From contig NC_057760.1 in assembly GCF_004010195.1 (NCBI RefSeq), positions 272,320 through 293,763 on the forward strand: a stretch of DNA of 21,444 bases. The letters run 5' to 3'. The stretch comes from Chiloscyllium plagiosum. Its lineage: Eukaryota. Made by a program: the position numbers and the translations under genes. This document shows positions 9,873 to 19,702 of the stretch, piece after piece; the stretch's first letter is position 1; every line of letters begins with the position of its first letter. Below the pieces are notes generated by a model that had not been told where the DNA came from, made no database searches, and worked only from the letters and a program-made list of their open reading frames with translations.

Positions 9873-10092
9873 GTATCTTCTTCCTACGTTCCTTGCATTC
9901 CTTCAGCTGGTTGAGACTGCACTGGCCTGGATTGTAACCCTGGTCCATGGTTCCAGTAGAAAGGTGTCCTCTGTTGGCCCGAGAGAATAGGACATCCTGC
10001 GTCTGCATCACCTCACCCCATCAGCAGCATCTCCATGTCCCTGCCCACAAACAGAGGCACCAATTTTCCGTTGTCTACGACATTCGGGGCTA

Positions 10093-12790
10093 ATGTGCAT
10101 TCTTAATATTTGCACTAACAATGTTCTGCATATAAATGAAGTGATTTGTTAAGTTGGAGATGTGTAGTCTACATATTTGCAAGTAAATGAAGTGATTTAT
10201 TAATTTGTATAGTCAGTCTTAAAATTTGCAGTAGCCATGACTTGGAGATGCCGATACTGGACTGGGATGGACAAAGTTAAAAATCACATAACGCCAGGTT
10301 ATCGTCCAACAGGTTTATTTGGTCGTACTAACTTTTGGAGCGCTGCTCCTTCATCGGGTAGTCATGGAATATAAGCTTATACTCCTTATTCTCCACGACC
10401 ACCTGATGAAGGAGCAGCGCTCCAAAGGTTAGTGCTTCCAAATCAACCGATTGGACTGTAACTTGGTGTTATGTGATTTTTAACTAGTTACAGTAGTTAT
10501 ATTTTCAATGTGAATGAACTGATTTGCTGATTTGCATATTCATTCTTAATATTTGCAGAAGTTTATTTTCCATGTAAATGAAGTGATTTATTGATTTGGA
10601 GTTGTGCATTCTTCATGTTTCTAATAGTACTGTTTTGCAAGTAAATGAAGTGATTTGATAATTTGGATATTCATTCTTAATATTTACAGTAGTTAACTTT
10701 TCCATATAAATGAAGCAATTTAATAATTTGAAGATGTTTCTTAATATTCACAATAATGATATTTTGCATGTGAATGAAGTGATTTATTAATTTTTAAATG
10801 TGCATTTTTAATAGTTGCAATATTAATATATTGCACGTAAATAGTGATTTATTAATTAGAATATTCATTCTTAATATTTACAGTAGTTGCAGTTTCCATG
10901 TAATGAAGTGATTTAATAATTTGGAGGTGTGCATTCTTAATATTTGTAGTAGTTATATTTTCAATATAGATTAAGTGATTTATTAGTTTGGATGTGTGCG
11001 ATCTTAATATTCGCAATAGTAATATTTTGCATGGAAATAAAGTGATTTATTATTCTGGAGGTGGTGAATTCTTGATATTTTCAAAATTAATATTTTGCAT
11101 AAACATGAAGCGATTTATTAATTTGGATATTCTTTCTTAATATTTACAGTTATTATAATTTCAGTGCAAATGACATGATTTATCAATTTGGGGGTGTGCT
11201 CGTAATATTTGCAATAGTAATATTTAGCACATAAATGAAGTGATTTATTAATTTGGATATTCATTCTTAATATTTACAGAAGTTATATTTTCCATGTGAA
11301 TGAAGGCATTTATTAATTTGGAGGTGTGCATTCTTACTATTTGCAATAGTAATATGTTACATGTTAATGACGTAATTTATTAATTTGGAGGTGTGTATTT
11401 TTCATATTTGCAATAGTAATATTTTGCAAATAAATGAACTGATTTAATAATTTGGATATTCATTCTTAATATTTACAGTAGTTAATTTTTCCATATAATA
11501 ATTTGGAGGTGTGCTTCATATTTACCATAATGATATCTTGCATGTAGATGAAGTGATTTATTAATTTGTATACTCATTTTCAATATTTACAGTCCTTACA
11601 TTTTTTTAATAAAAGAGGTGATTTATTAATTTTGGAGATGTGCATCCTTAATATTTACAATAATATTTTGCATGTAAATGAAGTGTTTTATTAATTTGGA
11701 AGGGCATTTTTAATATTTGCAATAATGATATTTTGCATGTAAATAAAGTCCATTTATCACTTTTAAATGTGCATTCTTAATATTTGCAAAAGTAATATGT
11801 TTCATAGAAATGAAGTGACTTATTAATTTGGAGGTGTGCATTCTTAATATTTGCATTGGTAATACTTTCTGTTAGATGAAGCGTTTTATTGATTCGCAGA
11901 TGCGCATTCCTTATATTTTCAACAATAATATTTTGCCTATAAATTAAGTGATTTATTAATTTGGAGGTATACATTCTTAATATTTGGAATAGTAATATTT
12001 TACAAGTAAATGAAGTGATTGATTAGTTGTTAAATCTGCATTTTTAATATTTGCAGTAGTAACATGTCATATAAATTAAGTGATTTAATACTTTGGAGGT
12101 GTGCACGCTTAATATTTGCTTTGGGAATATTTTGCATGTAAATGAAGTGATTTATTGATTTGGAGTGTATTATTTATGTTTTCAACAATAATATTTTGCA
12201 TATACAATAGTATTTACAATCGTAAAATGCTACATGCAAATGAGTTACATTAGTTTGGAGGCATGGATTCTTAATATTTACAACAGTAACATGTTACATG
12301 CAAATGAAGTGATATATTAATTTGGAGATGTGCATTCTTAATATTTGCAATCTTAATGTTTTGCATATAAATGAAGTGATTTATTAATTTGGAGATGTGA
12401 GTTCTTCAAAACTGCAATATTTTGAAAGTAAACGAGGTGATTTAATCATTTGGTTATTCATTTTTAATATTTACAGTTATATTTTCCATATAAATGAAAA
12501 AATTCAATAATTTGGAGGTGTATTTAATATTTAAAATAGAGCTCTTGCATGCAAATGAAGTGAGCTATTAATTTTTAAATGTGCATTCTTAATAGTTGCA
12601 ATTGTAGTATTTTGCATATAGATAGTGATTTATTCATTTGGAGGGGCATTCTTAATATTTACAATAATGATAATTTGCATGTAAATTAAGTAATTTATTA
12701 ATTTTTAAATGTACATTCTCAATACTTGCAATAGTAATATGTTGCATATAAACAGTCATTTATTAATTTGGAGGTGTTTAATATTAAACA
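10093..12790. repeat. AT-rich satellite, 65-67 bp monomer, roughly 35-38 diverged copies
   Basis: Consensus ~TTAATATTTGCAATAGTAATATTTTGCATGTAAATGAAGTGATTTATTAATTTGGAGGTGTGCATTC, with a recurring variant …TTGGATATTCATTCTTAATATTTACAGTAGTT…. Confidence 0.95.
10235..10490. mobile_element. Penelope-like element terminus, family B, palindromic, inserted into the satellite
   Basis: Arms 10275-~10368 and ~10392-10485 are inverted copies; centre TATAAGCTTATA at 10370-10381; flanked by CAGTAG (10229-34, 10491-96); homologous to 20919-21050. Confidence 0.85.
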
Positions 12791-12960
12791 TTTTACTGAT
12801 AGCTCAAAGCAAGCGAGCAGTGTTGCAGTCCTGGCGCAGAGATGATGTCACAATTGAAGGCTTGGATACAGAAAATGGATACATTGAAAACGTTGCACAT
12901 TAAACACCACGTGACACTGTTTAAGCTCTATCAGAGGCCCTGGCAGCGTGAGGTAACAAG

Positions 12961-13032
12961 GCGATGGTGGTATAGTGGTGAGCATAGCTGCCTTCCAAGC
13001 AGTTGACCCGGGTTCGATTCCCGGCCATCGCA
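12961..13032 (+). tRNA. tRNA-Gly-TCC: tRNA-Gly (anticodon TCC)
   Basis: 72-nt cloverleaf; acceptor GCGATGG/CCATCGC plus discriminator A; anticodon TCC 12994-12996 in stem GCTGC/GCAGT; A box TGGTATAGTGG and B box GGTTCGATTCC; matches the conserved vertebrate Gly-TCC sequence as I recall it except for pair 4:69. Confidence 0.98.
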
Positions 13033-13036
13033 TGCC

Positions 13037-13045
13037 TTTTTTTTT
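13037..13045 (+). terminator. RNA polymerase III terminator (T9)
   Basis: T run starting 4 nt after the tRNA discriminator base. Confidence 0.92.
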
Positions 13046-13700
13046 CTTGTTTCCCTCCAAGTTTATTTTTTTCTTTCACCAATGACACCTTAAACCTTTT
13101 GCAACCGCCTCCGACAGGTGCAATCATTTAATCGTGAGCGGGTTGCAATTTTAAAATGTCGCCTTTATGTTTGCGAGGTGCGATTTTGTTGAGGAGTGTG
13201 GCTGGACGGACGGGGGCCAGTTGCAGAGTCTGAGCAGTAGGAGGCGCACTGCCTGGTGTCTCAGCTTCCGGGTTGGTGAAAGACAACGGTGTGTTCGTTC
13301 GTTTTAGCGATTCGCTGTCTTTTTTCGTTAACCCCGACCTGGTCAAAGCTTTGCAATCGTGGGCTTGCAAACGTCTCCGCATATTTGAAAGATTGCTGGA
13401 GCTGATTTTGAAATAATGACTGCATTATTCAGTAATTCATTTCTGCTAACATCTTGCCCAAGTTTGCAGTGTCTCACCCTGAGAAAATGATTTGCAATCA
13501 TTTTGGACTTCTTGTGAGAAATTGAGTGGAAGGCAAATAGAGGGTTTTAACAGCATAAGGCAGCTGGACGCAGTAGAAAGGGCAGAAACTATTCCCAGAG
13601 GATTGAGATTTAAACTGATTCTCAGTGTACCCACATCCACCACTTCCTCGGGAAGTTAATTCCACACGCGAACCACCCCTCATGTCTTTTTAAGATCTAC

Positions 13701-13765
13701 AGATGCCGGTGTTGTACAAAGTTAAAAATCACACAACACCAGGTTAGAGTCCAACAGGTTTAATT
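13701..13765 (-). mobile_element. Penelope-like family B fragment, truncated by the adjacent CR1
   Basis: AGATGCCGGTGTTG…AAAAATCACACAACACCAGGTTA.AGTCCAACAGGTTTAATT matches 20930-21004. Confidence 0.8.
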
Positions 13766-14208
13766 AGAACATAGAACATAGAACAATACAGCACAAAACA
13801 GGCCCTTCGGCCCACGATGTTGTGCCGAACTTCTAACCTAGATTAAGTACCCATCCATGTACCTATCCAAATGCCGCTTAAAGGTCGCCAATGATTCCGA
13901 CTCTACCACTCCCACGGGCAGCGCATCCCATGCCCCCCCCACTCTCTGGGTAAAGAACCCACCCCTGACATCTCCCCTATACCTTCCACCCTTCACCTTA
14001 AATTTATGTCCCCTTGTAACACTCTGTTGTACCCGGGGAAAAAGTTTCTGACTGTCTACTCTATCTATTCCTCTGATCATCTTATAAACCTCTATCAAGT
14101 CACCCCTCATCCTTCACCGTTCCAACGAGAAAAGGCCGAGAACTCTCAACCTATCCTCGGACGACTTCCTCTCCATTCCAGGCAACATCCTGGTAAATCT
14201 TCTCTGCA
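13765..14208 (-). mobile_element. CR1 LINE 3' end
   Basis: (TAGAACA)3 tail; ORF 13838-14110 MRGDLIEVYKMIRGIDRVD…FFTQRV…FKRHLD; LQRRFTRMLPG upstream. Confidence 0.95.
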
Positions 14209-14732
14209 AAGCAGAGAAATGACATCCAGTGAGAGTGAGTAGACTGTTGTTGGGATGAGGTGAAGGAGCCTCTTGGCAAAACCACATCGTCTCCAACCTC
14301 ATCCGTGTTGGCAGATGTCGTTGGTGATGGTGGGGAGGGCTAATGGAGGGGGGGGTGAAGAGGAGGAACTCAAGCGGCTGCTGCCTGCACCTGTCTTCAA
14401 AGGGACCACTTTCAAGAAGAGGTGGTGAGCTTTGCACCCAAGAGAGCATCACGAGGAGAGATCAGGGGCTTGTCCACACTTCCACCCACTTCCCCCTTGG
14501 CTCAAAGCTGAAGGCACTTGCTGAGATGCAAGTCCCTCAGTGCTGCCAGACTTCAAAATTCCTTTGGAGCTGCTTCTTGGGAGCTTTTTCTGACAGTCAA
14601 GTTCCCACCTCAAATCATGCTCTCGTCTGTGCTCAGCAGAAACCAGTTTCCAAGACGGGACCAGTTATCCGCATCAAGTGCAAACACTTACCTGTTCTAC
14701 CTCAGGAAGGTTGACTTCAACTGTGCCACGTA

Positions 14733-14950
14733 GTGTTGTGCTGGAAAAGCACAGCCAGTCAGGCAGCAGCCGAGGAGCAGGAGAGTCGATGTTTTGAGCA
14801 TAAGCTCTTCACCGTGAATGTGATGAAAGGCTTATGCTTGAAACGTCGACTCTCCTGCTCCTCGGATGCTGCCTGACCACAGTACCACACCTTTCCAGCA
14901 CCACACTTTTTGACTCTGATCTCCAGCATCTGCAGTCCTCAATTTTTCCT
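14733..14950. mobile_element. Penelope-like family A palindromic terminus with TSD
   Basis: Arms ~14738-14811 and ~14824-14901 are inverted; TSD CTTCAAC(T)TGTGCCAC at 14715-14729 and 14949-14964. Confidence 0.85.
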
Positions 14951-15044
14951 TCAACTTGTGCCACCCCTACAACTGCCCAGCTAAGATCAACATAGATGTT
15001 GTCTGGAATCTCAGTTCTGTATGATTTCAAGTCCAGTTGCACAC

Positions 15045-15460
15045 ATTGGAGTCTCCTCTGGGACAGAAAAGACCTGTTCAAAGAGGATAGGTCTTACCCG
15101 AGCTGGAAAGGGACCCATATCTTAGCAGGGAGCTTTGCTCGTTCCACCCAAAGAGACTTTATACAGATAGAGAGGAGAGTGGAGGAATTACAAGTCATGG
15201 CGTAAATAGAAAGGTTGGTGGGGAAGGTTCTGAATGTGAAGAGAGCACACCAATTAGAAAAGAAAGAAAAGAGAGAATCAGGGTACATTGTAACTCTGAA
15301 GAACGAAATTGCATTTATTTCAGTGCAAGGGGTCTTCCAGATAAGGCTGATAAACTCAGAGTGTGTTTAAGTACATGGGATTGGGATTTCAGAGCTTTTA
15401 CAGAAACTTGGCTGAAACATGAACAGGACTGACAGCTCACTGTTCTGGGGTTTAGATTGT
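15045..15460 (+). mobile_element. CR1 ORF1 C-terminus (SGNH esterase-like) and ORF2 endonuclease N-terminus, degraded
   Basis: HWSLLWDRKDLFKEDRSYPSWKGTHILAGSFAR resembles the CR1 ORF1 DGLHLN..G..IL motif; ~15306-15460 reads NCIYFSARGLPDKADKL…WDWDFRAFTETWL…QD*QLTVLGFRL (APE start). Confidence 0.8.
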
Positions 15461-15820
15461 AGGGAGGATATTTTCCCAGGTTGGGGAGTTTAAAACCAGA
15501 GGACACAGTCTGAGGACAGGTTGTTAGGCCATTGAGGATTAAGATGAGGAAATATTTCTTCATGCAGAGGCTGGTCAGTCTGTGAAGTGTGTGACCACAA
15601 GAAGCTGTGGATTCCAAGTTGCTGATTATATTCAAGAAAGAGATGGATTTTTATGTTTAAGAGACAATGAATTGAATTGAATTTATTGTCACATGTACCG
15701 GGACACAGTGGAAAGCTTTGTCTTGTGAGCAATACAAGCAGATCACATAGTTATCACACAATGACTATGTGAAACGGAAGAACAGGCTGGAAGGACTGAA
15801 TGGCCTATTTTTGCCCCAAG
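15461..15820 (+). mobile_element. CR1 3' end fragment, old and diverged
   Basis: FPRLGS…TRGHSL…RKYFFMQRLVSL pattern; ends GGACTGAATGGCCTATTTTTGCCCC. Confidence 0.75.
15671..15757 (-). mobile_element. Short 3' tail of a different non-LTR element (Rex1/Babar-like), with 7-bp TSD
   Basis: The minus strand ends …GTACATGTGACAATAAATTCAATTCAAT (AATAAA plus (TTCAA)n); flanked by ACAATGA at 15664-70 and 15758-64. Clade assignment is tentative. Confidence 0.65.
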
Positions 15821-16035
15821 TTTCACCAATACAGAGCTCTGGACAGCCAATTCAGTCCTTCAGAAGTGCGGTCACATTGTAGTGTTGGGAAGTGTAGCAG
15901 TAAATTCAGGACGTCTCAAAATACTCCATAGCCAATTAATGAATTTTCAAATCTCACAACAATTGTCATATCAAAGGCTATAAATGTCAATTTGTTTCAA
16001 ACTATGTACTGTATTTACCAGAATGGTTCTAAAGT

Positions 16036-16420
16036 GATTTGTTTTTATTCATTGAGTATAAGGATAGGCAGGTTATGCTGCAGCTTTACAGAACTTTCAT
16101 TAGGCCACACTGGGAATATTGCGTACAGTTCTGGTCACCACATTCTCAGAAGAAGGGTGAATCTTTGGGGAGGGAACAGAAAAGGTTTACCAGGATGTTG
16201 CCTGATATGGGGGATTTTAGCTGTGAGGAAAGGTTGAATAGAGTTGATTTGTTTTCACTGGAATGCAGGAAGCCGATGGGCGACCTGGTCAAACTTTATA
16301 AGATTGTGAATGGCATGGATAGAGTGGAAAGTATGAGGCTTTTTCTCAAGGTCGAAGGGTCAATTGCTAGGGGACACGAGTTCAAGGTGTGCGAGGGCAT
16401 AAGTTTAAAGCAGAACATTA
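16036..16420 (+). mobile_element. CR1 ORF2 C-terminal fragment
   Basis: IEYKDRQVMLQLYRTFIRPHWEYCVQFWSP…QKRFTRMLP…GDLVKLYKI. Confidence 0.92.
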
Positions 16421-16433
16421 GCCGCTGCAGGAA

Positions 16434-16697
16434 CTGCAGGAACTGATCCCGAATCTATCAAACTCTGGAAAATAATCACCAACGCATCCACGATTTCTCG
16501 AGCCAGTACCCTGGGCTTGGCAAATATAAATTCCCTTCAGTTCAGGTCTTTCAGCCACTGTTACCTCAGGGAGATTGCTTGTGTCTTCCCCAGTGAACAC
16601 AGATCTGAAGTACCAATTCAATTCTTCTGCCATTTCTTTGTTCCCCGTAATATATTCCCCTGTTTCTGTCTTCAAGGGCCCAATTTTAGTCTTGTTA
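16434..16697 (-). mobile_element. CR1 ORF2 internal fragment (linker before RT) with internal deletion
   Basis: GPLKTETGEYITGNKEMAEELNWYFRSVFT.ED…, then in another frame EIVDALVIIFQSLIDSGSVP. Confidence 0.85.
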
Positions 16698-16711
16698 TTT
16701 AGGTAATGTTA

Positions 16712-16964
16712 TTTAGATTCCCTACAGTGTGGAAACAGGCCCTTCGGCCCAACCAGTCCACACCGACCCTCCGAAGAGTAACCCACCCAGACCCATTTCC
16801 CTCTGACTAATGCACCTAACACTATGGGACAATTTAGCACGGCCAATTCACCCTGACCTGCACATCTTTGGATTGTGGGAGGAAACCGGAGCACCTGGAG
16901 GAAACCCACGCAGACACGGGGAGGATGTGCAAACTCCACACAGACAGTCGCCCGAGGTTGGAAT
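16712..16964 (-). mobile_element. HE1-like V-SINE, 5'-truncated at the B box
   Basis: The reverse complement matches 2353-2600, including the V domain and the GGGCCGAAGGGCCTGTTTCCACACTGT tail. Confidence 0.93.
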
Positions 16965-17145
16965 ATGGGGATTAATGTAATGATATTGTGATAAGTAAAT
17001 TAATGAGTGTTAAGCATGGTATGCTATGATATAGTGGAATATAGATTAATGAGGATTAAATATAGTCTACATATTATAGTTATGGAAAGGCGGTTATAGC
17101 TGATGTGGGGAGGTGGGTCTATTAAGGTATATGGGCTATGACAGA
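16965..17145 (-). other. NUMT: fragment of the mitochondrial control region (5'/ETAS domain)
   Basis: The minus strand contains ATAGCCCATATACCTTAAT and TATATTTAATCCTCATTAATCTATATTCCACTATATCATAGCATACCATGCTTAACACTCATTAAT, motifs I recognise from shark D-loop 5' regions; G-poor strand; ~46-bp imperfect repeat. Confidence 0.75.
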
Positions 17146-17160
17146 GACATTGGTTAAGGT

Positions 17161-17328
17161 AGAAAGAACACTAGGCCATTCAGCCCCTCTGTGCTGTTCC
17201 ACCATTCAATGAGACTGTCTGATCTATGGCCTAACTCCATATACTTGCCTTAGGCCCATATCCCTCAATACCTTAGCTTAACAAAAACAGATTGATCTCA
17301 GATTTAAAACTAACAACTGATCTACAGC
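17161..17328 (-). mobile_element. CR1 3' UTR fragment (older subfamily)
   Basis: AGGCCATTCAGCCCC…ACCATTCAATGAGA…CTGATCT…TCTCAGATTTAAAA pattern, related to 1070-1173. Confidence 0.7.
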
Positions 17329-17345
17329 TTGAAGTTTATGGAGAG

Positions 17346-17916
17346 GTTATTGAGTACAGTATTGGGATGTGATGTTACAGCTGTCCAATACATTGGTAAT
17401 GCCACATTCGCAATACTGCGTATAACTCTGGTCACCTTGCTGTAGGAAGGATGTTATTAAACTGGAAAGGGTACAGAAAAGATTTGCAAGGATGTTACTG
17501 AGACTGGAAGGTTTGAGTTGTAAAGGAGAGGCTGGATAGGCTTGGGGCTGTTTTCCCTGGAGCGTCAGAGGCTGAGGGGTGACCATGTAGAGGTTTATAA
17601 AATCATGAGGGGCATGGATAAGATAAATAGACAAAGTCTCTTCCCTGGGATTGAGGGAGTCCAGAACCAGAGGGCTTAGATTTAAGGTGAGAGGGGAACG
17701 AGTTAAACAGGACCTAAAGGGCTACAGAGGGTGGTACGTGTATGGAACGAGCTGCCGGAGGAAGTGGTGGAGGCTGGTACAATTACAACATTTAAAAGGC
17801 ATCTGGATGGTACATGAATAGGAAGGGTTGAGAAGGACATGGGGCAAACACAGGCAAATGGGACTAGTTCAATTTAGGAGCCTGGTCGGCATGGACACGT
17901 TGGGCCGAAGAGCCCT
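17346..17916 (+). mobile_element. CR1/HER1 LINE 3' portion
   Basis: LERVQKRFARML…RLRGDHVEVYKIMRGMD…WNELPEEVVEAGTITTFKRHLD; 3' UTR runs to GGGCCGAAGAGCCC. Confidence 0.92.
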
Positions 17917-17994
17917 AGGACTGGGGGTCCTAGCAGAGATACTTGCATCATCCGTCACTACAGCTGAGGTGCCTGAGGACTGGAGGGTGACTAT

Positions 17995-18490
17995 TATAGA
18001 GTATAGAATGTTACAGCGCAGTACAGGCTCTTTGGCCCTTGATGTTGCGCCGACCTGTGAAATTAATCTGATGCCCATCTAACCTAACCGTTCCATTATT
18101 ATCCATATGTATGTCCAATGCCCTTAACATCAGCGAGCCTACTAATGTTACAGGCAGGCCGTTCTACGCCTCTACTGCTCTGAGTAAGGAAACTACCCTG
18201 ACACCTGTCCTATATCTATCACCCCTCAATTTAAAGCTATGTCCCCTCGTGCTAGCCGTCATCATCTGAGGAAAAAGGCTCTCACTGTCCAACCTATCTA
18301 ACCCTCTGATTATCTTGGTATCTCTCTATTAAGTCACCTCTCAACCTTCTTCTCTCCAACGAAAACAGCCTCAGTTCCCTCAGCCTTTCCTCGTAAGACC
18401 TTCCCTCCATACCAGGCAACATCCTGGTAAATCTCCTTGGAACCCATGCCAAAGCTTCCACATCCTTCCCATAATGCGGTGACCAGAACT
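17995..18490 (-). mobile_element. CR1 LINE 3' portion nested in the opposite orientation
   Basis: Minus strand: FWSPHYGKDVEAL…RRFTRMLPGMEGRSYEERL…RRLRGDLIE; tail at 17995-18010; possible 5-bp TSD ACTAT (17990-94, 18488-92). Confidence 0.9.
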
Positions 18491-19192
18491 ATGATGTTGT
18501 GCCTTGATTTAAGAAAAACTTTTAAGAAAACCCTGAAAACTATAGATTTGTTAGTCTTACATCATTGGAGGGTAGGTTGCTGGAGGGGATTGTGAAAGAT
18601 AGAATCTACATTCATTTGGAGAGGCAAGGACTGATTAGGGGATAGTCAGCGAGGCTTTGTGCAAGGGAAATCATGCCTCACAAACTTGATTTGAGTTATT
18701 TGAGGATATAACCAAAAAGATTGATGAGGGCAGAGCCATCGATATTGTTTACACGGACTTTAGTGAAGCCTTTGACAATGGTAGACTAATTAGTAAAGTT
18801 AAGTCACATGGGATTCAGGGTGAGCATGCCAATTGGATACAAAATTGGCTTAACGGCAGGAGACAGAGGGTGGAGGGTTGTTTTTTTGACCTGGAAGCCT
18901 GTGACCAGCCATGGTTTCAGGATCGGTGCTGGATCCACAGTTCTTTGTCATTTATATAAATGATTTGGATGTGAATATAGGAGACAATGGTTAGTAAGTT
19001 TGCAGACCAACACCAAAATTGATGGTATAGTGGACAGTGAAGAAGGTTATCTAAGTGATCTTGTTCAATTGGGTCAATGGGCTGAGGAGTGGCAGATGGA
19101 GTTTAATTTGGATAAATGCGAGGTATTGCATTTTGGTAAAACAAACACGGGCAGGACTTATGCAATTAATGACAGGGCCTTGGGTAATGTTG

Positions 19193-19396
19193 AAAAATGT
19201 GGTGCTGGAAAAACACAGCAGGACAGGCAGCATCCGAGGAGCAGGAGAATCGACATTTCATAAAACTGCCTGAAGAAGGGCTCATGCCCGAAACGTCGAT
19301 TCTCCTGCTCCTTGGATGCTGCCTGGCCTGCTGTGTTTTTCCAGCACCCCATTTTTCAACTCTGGTCTCCAGCATCTGCAGTCCTCACTTTCTCCT
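19193..19396. mobile_element. Penelope-like family A palindromic terminus with 15-bp TSD
   Basis: Arms ~19189-19259 and ~19290-19360 are inverted; CCTTGGGTAATGTTG at 19178-19192 and 19394-19408 (edges partly microhomologous with the element). Confidence 0.9.
19270..19297 (+). ncRNA. Minimal type-I hammerhead ribozyme core in PLE terminus
   Basis: CUGAAGA-A-GGGC-UCAU-GCCC-GAAA-CG-UC: CUGANGA box, helix II, GAAA box, very short helix III and UC cleavage site; helix I is weak in this copy. Confidence 0.7.
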
Positions 19397-19702
19397 TGGG
19401 TAATGTTGTAGAACAGAGGGGGCCGAGGGGTTCAGGTACATAATTCTTTTGAAAGTTTGTGTTACAGGTAGACTGGATGGTGAAGAAGGTGTTTAGCATG
19501 CCTGCCTTCATGGCTCAGAGCTTTGAGGAGAGGCGTTGGGATGTTACGTTGAGGTTATACGATATGTTGGTGAGACCTTTACTGGGTACTGGGTGCAGTT
19601 CTCCTTTTATAGGAAGGAGAGGGTTCAGAAGGGATTTACCAGGATGTTGCCAGAAATGGAGGATTTGAGTTATAAGGAGAAGGTGGACAGACTAGGACTT
19701 AT

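Noticed and set aside
12848..13127. Minus-strand ORFs over the tRNA
   Set aside because: They are antisense translations of the tRNA (WPGIEPGST) and its T-rich flank.
13200..13325. GGCTGG…T6 as vault or Y RNA
   Set aside because: The 5' and 3' ends do not pair and the internal boxes are absent.
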